32,000 nt of DNA from Bdellovibrionales bacterium (lineage in GTDB: Bacteria; Bdellovibrionota; Bdellovibrionia; Bdellovibrionales; UBA1609): contig OY843585.1 in NCBI GenBank assembly GCA_963692945.1, forward strand, positions 300,001 through 332,000, written 5' to 3'. Under the pieces are notes generated by a model, which made no database searches, had not been told where the DNA came from, and saw nothing but the letters and a program-made list of their open reading frames with translations. A program made the position numbers and the translations under genes. Shown here in pieces: positions 26,101 to 32,000 of the stretch (its first letter is position 1; every line of letters starts with the position of its first letter).

Positions 26101-27762
26101 ATGAAAAAAATTATTTTACTAGTAAGTTGTATTTTTATATCTTTTGAATCTTTTGGAATTGTAGATATACGAAGCGCGGGCTATTCAAAAACTTTTATAG
26201 ATTTCAAAACAGAAACTCCAGGATTCACTTTAAAAGTAGAAAGAACTTATAACAGTCGTTCTCTTTTTAATGGTTTATTTGGTTTTGGTTGGTGTTCTAA
26301 TTTTGAAACTAAACTGGAAGTTTTGCCAGACAATTCTTTAAAAGTGGCTGAATGTGGTGGTGGTGTAGAGGTTTTTTATTATCCAAAAAATAGAAAGGAA
26401 AACATAGGGTTACAAGTTAATCTCATTTTACAAGCTGTTAAAAAATCTAGGACAATGAAAAATCCAAAAAGTTTAAAGCAGTTAGAAAAAGACCTTGTGC
26501 AAAGCCAAACTTTAAGAGCTGATTTTATGAGAGCTTTAAAGATTAAAGGTCGTGCAAAAAAGGGAGAAGTTTATTATGCCAATGGAAAATCCAATGAGTT
26601 TATTGTTGTCCAAAATAATAATTATAAAAGACATCTTCCTAATGGAGTTTCAGAAATTTTTAATAGTAAAGGTCAGTTAAAAAGAGCTTTTGATAAGTTT
26701 GGAAATTCTATGGACATTTTTTGGCAGGCCACTTCTGTTCGTGTGATGGATAATAGAGGGAATCAACTCCAGTTGAATTTAGATTCTAGAACTAAAAAAG
26801 TAGTGTCGGTGACATTTAGAGGAAAAAAGGTTGCATCTTATAAACACAAAAATGAAAACTTAATAAGGATCTCTAATTCTTATAAAGAAAAATTCAGTCA
26901 CAGTTATGATGGGTTTCATAATTTAACGAAAACCGTTTATCCAGATAAAACCGTAGAATCATTAAGCTACAATGAAGATAAAGATTGGGTTGTTAAATTT
27001 AATGATCGTAGAAGCTGTGAAGAAAACTACAACTATGCTAAAAATCCTAAAAATCCAAATCATTATTTTGCTACGGTAGAAAAAAAATGTGGACGAAAAA
27101 TTGTAAATAAAAGTAAATATGAATTTTGGAATAAAACTTTAGCAAATGGCAGTAAGTATCTTCATCGGGCCAGAGTGAGAGTGAATGGTCGTTTAAAAAC
27201 AGATGTGGTTTATCATCCTAAATTTGGCTCCCCTGTCTCTTTATTGAGAAATGGAGTGAGAACCAATAGAACTTATTACGCTAACGGACTGTTAAGAAAA
27301 AAAGAAGATCCTTATAAAATTGTTAGATATAAAAATTATCAAAAACAGTGTGGAAAACCAGAATGGGTTCAATTGCAATATAAAAAACCAAACACTAAAA
27401 AAATTGTAAAAACAGAAAACATTCGGTTTAAGTTCAACAACAAGTGCTTGTTATCTTTAGCTATAAAATCTAAAGATGAGTGGCTTAAGGTCAAACATGA
27501 TAATCGTGGGCGACTTTCTTATATGGAAGATCAATCTCGTAAATCCATCCTTTTAAATTGGCATAAAACTTTAAATCAACCAGAGGTTATCACTCGGCCA
27601 GGAGTTGGTTCTATAAGGGTTGTGTACGATTCAAATGGAAGTGTCACTGATGTGAAGGCCAGTGAAAATGCGGGACCAACTATTATCACTCAAGTGTCCT
27701 CCGTATTTAATAGTTTTTTACAAACCTTATCTCCTGTAGCAGAAGAGATGGTTATTTTATAA
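26101..27762 (+). CDS. secreted or lipoprotein YD/RHS-repeat protein without a toxin tip
   Basis: Signal MKKIILLVSC. Rhs N-terminal plug-like motif ERTYNSRSLFNGLFGFGWCSNFE. Several YD-type repeats (FNSKGQLKRAFDKFGN, MDNRGNQL, SHSYDGFHNLTKTVYPD, HDNRGRLSYMED, YDSNGSVTDV). No PxxxxDPxGL motif and no C-terminal toxin domain. Confidence 0.65.
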   Translation: MKKIILLVSCIFISFESFGIVDIRSAGYSKTFIDFKTETPGFTLKVERTYNSRSLFNGLFGFGWCSNFETKLEVLPDNSLKVAECGGGVEVFYYPKNRKENIGLQVNLILQAVKKSRTMKNPKSLKQLEKDLVQSQTLRADFMRALKIKGRAKKGEVYYANGKSNEFIVVQNNNYKRHLPNGVSEIFNSKGQLKRAFDKFGNSMDIFWQATSVRVMDNRGNQLQLNLDSRTKKVVSVTFRGKKVASYKHKNENLIRISNSYKEKFSHSYDGFHNLTKTVYPDKTVESLSYNEDKDWVVKFNDRRSCEENYNYAKNPKNPNHYFATVEKKCGRKIVNKSKYEFWNKTLANGSKYLHRARVRVNGRLKTDVVYHPKFGSPVSLLRNGVRTNRTYYANGLLRKKEDPYKIVRYKNYQKQCGKPEWVQLQYKKPNTKKIVKTENIRFKFNNKCLLSLAIKSKDEWLKVKHDNRGRLSYMEDQSRKSILLNWHKTLNQPEVITRPGVGSIRVVYDSNGSVTDVKASENAGPTIITQVSSVFNSFLQTLSPVAEEMVIL

Positions 27763-27783
27763 AAACAAGAAACAGGTTTATTT

Positions 27784-28080
27784 ATGACTATAAAAATTTG
27801 GATCATAGGGGTTATTTCAGTAGGCTTTTTTTCTTTAGAAGGTTTTGCCAGTCCGTTGAGTCCGTCTCTTAAAGAGTTTCAAGGAGTTAAGACCATTCAA
27901 AAAGAAGAGATTACAGAGGGGGGGTTGCAAGACCCTATAGAAACAGATAGTTTTTGTTGCAATAGACAAGTTAAAACAGGGAATGCTCACTCAACTCGTT
28001 ACAATATAGAGGCTATTTTAGGCAAAGAATCTTATGTCACTCCTAAAAAAGAACCTTCCTCTTCAAAAGGTAAAAAATAG
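27784..28080 (+). CDS. hypothetical small secreted protein
   Basis: Signal-like N-terminus IWIIGVISVGFFSLEGFA, a CC pair, and a Lys-rich tail. No recognisable family. Confidence 0.45.
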   Translation: MTIKIWIIGVISVGFFSLEGFASPLSPSLKEFQGVKTIQKEEITEGGLQDPIETDSFCCNRQVKTGNAHSTRYNIEAILGKESYVTPKKEPSSSKGKK

Positions 28081-28247
28081 ACAATTCGTTCAACTTTTAA
28101 ACGCAAAGAGAACTCTTTTAAAAAAGAGAGGTTTTTTACAATTTAATATCTGGTCGGTTTTTGTAAAATTTTTCCAAACCCTTAAGAAATGTTTTAAAAA
28201 TTTAAAATCTGATATAAAACAGAACCTAAGTATGAGGTTTAAAATTT

Positions 28248-28940
28248 ATGCAGTTTTTAAATGATTCCATTCAGTCTTTCTTGAGTCATCTTGAAACCAA
28301 GTTGCATTGTGATATTCAATTTGTATCCGTTCGTGAAAAGCCAGTCGCTTTTTTAACCAAAGACAGTTTGTTTTATGAAGATGGTAAAATAGGATTTCCT
28401 CTTTTTTTTAAAGAAGAGCTTTACGGGTGTTTTTTCATATCTGGTCATCATTTAAGTAAGAAGTCTTTTAAATTGTTGGAAATTCTTATTAAGGATGGAC
28501 TTAATTATTATTTAGAAAATTTTGGAGATTATTTTTATTTTCAACATGTATTGCCACAACCTGAGGATCATTTAGAAGATGAAAATATTTTACCTTTTTC
28601 TAGAGTAAGAGATGGGGTTGGAGAGGATTTTTTAAAAGAACCAAATCTATTATTTGTTTCTGGTGAATCAAAAGAAGAGATTTTGCAATCGGCTCTTAAA
28701 ATTCACAATCTAACTCACCATGTCGCTTTTATCCACTTAGACTTATTCATGAAAAAGGGAGGCTCTTTTAAAAACTGGTCTCATTTTTCTTTTACAACTT
28801 TGTTTTTACCAGACTGGATGGGCTGTAAAGATTGGCAAAAAGAACAAATTAAAAATTTCATTTCTTCATCTAAACCTCCTCTTCCTCTTAAAATTGTTAT
28901 AGGATTAAAAGGAGAGGATGTAGAGTGGAAGATTTCTTAG
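28248..28940 (+). CDS. hypothetical protein resembling a collapsed, catalytically dead bEBP (GAF-like segment + degenerate sigma-54 AAA+ core)
   Basis: LLFVSGES--KEEILQSALKIHNL aligns by eye with PILIRGESGTGKTLLAKIIQNE of the 2307-3863 protein, with the GTGK deleted. TLFLPDW replaces TLFLDEV. No HTH is present. Its end overlaps the next gene by 16 nt. Confidence 0.45.
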   Translation: MQFLNDSIQSFLSHLETKLHCDIQFVSVREKPVAFLTKDSLFYEDGKIGFPLFFKEELYGCFFISGHHLSKKSFKLLEILIKDGLNYYLENFGDYFYFQHVLPQPEDHLEDENILPFSRVRDGVGEDFLKEPNLLFVSGESKEEILQSALKIHNLTHHVAFIHLDLFMKKGGSFKNWSHFSFTTLFLPDWMGCKDWQKEQIKNFISSSKPPLPLKIVIGLKGEDVEWKIS

Positions 28941-29953
28941 CAAGCTACTTTTCATATCAGGATTTTCAACTACAGAAACTATCAGGAGATGGAGGGCATC
29001 GCTCTTACACAAGAGTAAAAACAAAAGCAGGCGACTCTTATATACTTATGTCTTCGGGTGAAGAAGATCCAAGTTTAAAGGACTTTGTTGTTATTCACAA
29101 AAAATTAAATCAAGCCACATGTTTTGTTCCTAAAATTTTTAAGACCGACTTTTCAAAAGGGTTTTTGCTTATGGAAGACTTAGGGGATGAAATGTTGGAA
29201 GATTTGCAAGGTAACAAAAAAACTCAAGAGTCTTACTATTTAAAATCTATTGAACAGCTTATAAAACTACAACAAAAAATAAAACCTGTCCCTGAAGACC
29301 AAGTTTTTGATAAAAAATTTTTTCAAGAGGAAATAGACACAGCCATTCATCGTTTAGAAGAGTTTTTAAAAACTCTCCAGCAAAAATCTTTTTTAGAAAA
29401 AACAAAGTTAAAAGAGTCCTTAAAAGAAGAAATGGAGAAAGTGATTTCTCAGTTTGTCAAAACCTCTTTTGTTTATTGTCATAGGGATTTCCATAGTAAA
29501 AATATAATGATTTCTAAAGGGGAACCCTATTTGTTAGATTTTCAAGATGCTGGTGCAGGGCCTTGGATGTATGATTTAACAAGTCTTATTTATGATAGCT
29601 ATGTTCCTTTCACAGATTTAGAAAGACAAAATTTTATAAAATTTTATTTTGAAAATTCAGAGTTAAATTTTAAAAAATCCATAGGACAACTTTCGGATTT
29701 AAATGATTTTGTGCAGCTTCAATTTTTACAAAGAGGGTTCAAAGCCTGTGGCTGTTTTGCAGGATTTTACAATAGTCATCAACAAGGAACACATTTAAGA
29801 TATATAAAACCCACTCTTCAAAATCTCTATGAAGTGGCGACAGTTAGAGGTTATAAAAATATGGCTTCCTATTTTAAGGAATTAAAAAATCAATTGAACT
29901 TAAAATCTTTTGATGAAATATCCGTAAATAAAAGTTATTCTTTTTTGAAATGA
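28925..29953 (+). CDS. APH-family phosphotransferase (AmgK-like anomeric sugar kinase)
   Basis: LSGDGGHRSYTRV N-terminal motif, catalytic HRDFHSKNIM, and LLDFQDA. GTG start. Overlaps its partner gene by 4 nt. Confidence 0.7.
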   Translation: MEDFLASYFSYQDFQLQKLSGDGGHRSYTRVKTKAGDSYILMSSGEEDPSLKDFVVIHKKLNQATCFVPKIFKTDFSKGFLLMEDLGDEMLEDLQGNKKTQESYYLKSIEQLIKLQQKIKPVPEDQVFDKKFFQEEIDTAIHRLEEFLKTLQQKSFLEKTKLKESLKEEMEKVISQFVKTSFVYCHRDFHSKNIMISKGEPYLLDFQDAGAGPWMYDLTSLIYDSYVPFTDLERQNFIKFYFENSELNFKKSIGQLSDLNDFVQLQFLQRGFKACGCFAGFYNSHQQGTHLRYIKPTLQNLYEVATVRGYKNMASYFKELKNQLNLKSFDEISVNKSYSFLK

Positions 29954-31056
29954 AAGCTTTTGTTTTATGTTCAGGTTTAGGGAAGAGGTTAAGACCGTTC
30001 ACTTATAGCTTACCCAAAGCCTCTATGCCTTTTTTAAATTTACCACTTCTTTCCTACGGGTGGTTTTATTTAGAACAAATGGGTGTGTCACAATTTGTTT
30101 TGAACAGTTATTTGTTTCCCGAGCGACTCAAAGAAGATGTAGAGTTTTTAAAATCTCCCTCTCAAACCACTGACCTTGTTTTAGAGGAGAAGCTTCTCGA
30201 TTCAGGTGGTGGTTTTTATGAGGTGCGAGATCATTTTAAAAACGAAAACGAAATTTTTTATTTAAACGGAGATAGTCTTTTTTTCCCTTCCGATTTGAAT
30301 TTGTTAAAACAATTTAAGGAGGATTTTATTCAAAACTCTTTTGAATCTTCTTTTTTTGGGGTGGCTGAAAAGACCAAAAATTTTGAAGCCGATAAGGGTT
30401 ATCTTTGGGTGGATAAAGATTTTATCTTAAGGGGTATTGGTTCTGAAAACGAAATGCTTTCCAAAGGATTTTCTTTAAAGAGGACAAAAGATGTGGTTCA
30501 AAAAGAGTTGCGTCCTGTTCAATTTAGTGGGTTGGCTTTATTTAAACCTTTATTTTTAAAATCTTTGGCTAAGGATAAATCTCATATCTTTTGGGATGTT
30601 ATGCAGCCTCATTTGAGCAAAGGTAAGTATAAAGTTTTTGTAGATGAGCAGGGGGTTTTATTAGAAGGGGGAGATGAACAATCTTACTTACAGGCTTCGG
30701 AGCTTTGTTTAAAATCTTTGTTTTTAGATTCCTCTCAAACGGAAATAAAAAGTATTTTGGAAAAAGTATTTTCTCGTTTTGATCCTGAAGATAAAAAAGT
30801 AGGTCTGCAATTTGGAAAAAGCTTAAGTCAAAAACTAGGAGTTCCTCTCTTAGCTCCTTCGGATTTGAGAGGGCAGGAGCATTTAACAGTGGAAGGTTTT
30901 GCTGTGTTAGGTTCTCAAGTTTCTATCATTGGAAAAAGTTTTTTGAAAAGATCTGTTTTAGGGAACTCTATTTCTTGGAGAGGGGATGTAACCAATAAAA
31001 TTCTGATTCAATCTAGCCATTTTCCAGATTGTGTAACCTCTAACAAAGAAGAATAA
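29950..31056 (+). CDS. sugar-1-phosphate nucleotidyltransferase (MurU-like N-domain plus C-terminal extension)
   Basis: MKAFVLCSGLGKRLRPFTYSLPKASMPF (GxGxRxxPxT...PK) and a C-terminal hexapeptide-like segment (VLGSQVSIIGKSFLKRSVLGNSI). 368 aa. Confidence 0.7.
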   Translation: MKAFVLCSGLGKRLRPFTYSLPKASMPFLNLPLLSYGWFYLEQMGVSQFVLNSYLFPERLKEDVEFLKSPSQTTDLVLEEKLLDSGGGFYEVRDHFKNENEIFYLNGDSLFFPSDLNLLKQFKEDFIQNSFESSFFGVAEKTKNFEADKGYLWVDKDFILRGIGSENEMLSKGFSLKRTKDVVQKELRPVQFSGLALFKPLFLKSLAKDKSHIFWDVMQPHLSKGKYKVFVDEQGVLLEGGDEQSYLQASELCLKSLFLDSSQTEIKSILEKVFSRFDPEDKKVGLQFGKSLSQKLGVPLLAPSDLRGQEHLTVEGFAVLGSQVSIIGKSFLKRSVLGNSISWRGDVTNKILIQSSHFPDCVTSNKEE

Positions 31057-31133
31057 TATTTTTTTCTGTGTGATTAAAGTCCTAAACGATGGAATAATAA
31101 AGAAATAATTTTGAAAAACTATAGACATAGATA

Positions 31134-32000
31134 CTAAAAAAGAATTTCTAAAGCTTTTTGCCAATGGAGAGCACGGCAAGAACCAAAACGTCTTTCCAAA
31201 GGGTCTCTGGAGACAAGCCATTTTTTTGCCTTAGGATCAATGTCTTTAGCTAGAGATTCCAAGTTCTTTACATCTTCTTTCTTAACTCGATCTTTGGATT
31301 TGATCTCTATCAACAAAATATCTTTTGGACGCTGGATGATTAAATCAATTTCTACGTCATCTTTTGTTCTTAAATAGGAATAAGTCCAATCTTTTCTTTT
31401 ATAAGAAGCATTTTTTATAACTTCCAACAAGAACCAATGTTCAAAGGCTTCTCCAAAGGCTGAAGTTTGAGGAAGGAGTTCTACAGTTAAAGTTTTTGAA
31501 AGAGCCCTTTTTATTCCTGGATCAATGAAATAAAATTTAGGAGCTTGTTTCTGGGCTTTTCTGACAGAAAAATGAAAAGCTGGTAAAGTTATTCCTAACA
31601 AAGTATCTTCTAATATTTCAAAATAATTAGCAATTGTTACATCATCCACACCAGTATCTCTAGCTATTTTAGACTTGTTGATTATCTTTCCATTCATTTG
31701 AGCCACTATAGCTAAAAATTTACGGAAAGGTTTTAGTTTTCTAACCCACCGCTCTTGCTGTATCTCTTTTTCTATATAAGTTCCGACATAAGCATTTAAA
31801 TATTCTTTAGCACTTTCTTTATTTTTAGCTAAAGCCGCTTCGGGAAGAGTTCCCCATTCCAAAGCTGATTTGAGATTAAACTTTTTTTTCATTTCAAAAC
31901 TAGAAAACGGATACAGGTGATAAACCCAAGCTCTGCCAGCAAGTAAATTGACTCCTTTTTGTTTTAATTTACGGCTACTAGAACCAGTCAAAATAAACTG
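31134..32000 (-). CDS. AAA_14/DUF4143-family ATPase, N-terminus outside the window
   Basis: TGSSSRKLK...LAGRA...LYPFSSFE followed by a DUF4143-like region. The ORF runs to the window edge, so it is partial. Confidence 0.65.
   Translation of the reverse strand, partial: QFILTGSSSRKLKQKGVNLLAGRAWVYHLYPFSSFEMKKKFNLKSALEWGTLPEAALAKNKESAKEYLNAYVGTYIEKEIQQERWVRKLKPFRKFLAIVAQMNGKIINKSKIARDTGVDDVTIANYFEILEDTLLGITLPAFHFSVRKAQKQAPKFYFIDPGIKRALSKTLTVELLPQTSAFGEAFEHWFLLEVIKNASYKRKDWTYSYLRTKDDVEIDLIIQRPKDILLIEIKSKDRVKKEDVKNLESLAKDIDPKAKKWLVSRDPLERRFGSCRALHWQKALEILF

Noticed and set aside
26101-27762. Classical Rhs polymorphic toxin with an immunity gene
   Set aside because: It lacks the PxxxxDPxGL motif and any C-terminal toxin domain, it is too short for a closed shell, and the downstream 98-aa protein is secreted, so it is not immunity-like.
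28034-28264. 76-aa Lys-rich ORF bridging the 27784-28080 / 28248-28940 gap
   Set aside because: It starts inside the upstream gene, ends inside the downstream gene, has no SD sequence and is compositionally just AT-rich spacer. Low residual probability that it is real.
31134-32000. DUF4143/AAA_14 ATPase as the start of a defence island
   Set aside because: It is a single truncated gene at the window edge with no visible partner genes, so it cannot be evaluated from this window.

Overview
Densely coded, uniformly AT-rich (roughly one-third G+C by eye) bacterial chromosomal segment. I saw no rRNA, CRISPR array, transposase or integrase. Left to right: (1) dapA-dapB-fsa. (2) A convergent sigma-54-type enhancer-binding protein whose GAFTGA loop is broken. 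(3) tRNA-Phe(GAA). (4) A tightly overlapped minus-strand operon: two T2SSF (TadB/TadC-like) platform proteins, a small secreted protein, a Hanks-type Ser/Thr kinase, uppP and a PLP trans-sulfuration enzyme. (5) A 115-aa protein built almost entirely of KRKTT pentapeptide repeats, encoded by a 15-bp DNA tandem repeat. (6) mdh-sucC-sucD-ndk-pilW-like-rodZ-like, a DnaQ-type exonuclease and nadE. (7) A Tad/Flp (type IVc) pilus locus of about 9.4 kb (16675-26039): Flp pilins, an A24 prepilin peptidase, TadE-like pseudopilins, cpaB, the cpaC secretin, a MinD/ParA-CpaF fusion ATPase and a single tadB. (8) A toxin-less YD/RHS-repeat protein, a small secreted protein, a degenerate bEBP-like pseudo-AAA+ protein, an AmgK/MurU-like pair, and a DUF4143 ATPase truncated at the window edge. 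The best candidate for something undescribed is the non-canonical Tad-like machine. It has a pilin paralogue with a polybasic extension and a second membrane anchor, a leaderless Flp-like ORF, a fused TadZ-TadA-type ATPase and an adjacent YD-repeat protein. Extra platform genes sit 9 kb away in an operon with a Ser/Thr kinase. Other notable items are the KRKTT-repeat basic protein and a nested palindromic repeat found twice at gene 3' ends. Gene content and synteny suggest a proteobacteria-like, possibly Bdellovibrionota/Oligoflexia-type lineage, but the window alone cannot establish this. All calls rest on motif reading of the ORF translations; no database search was run.
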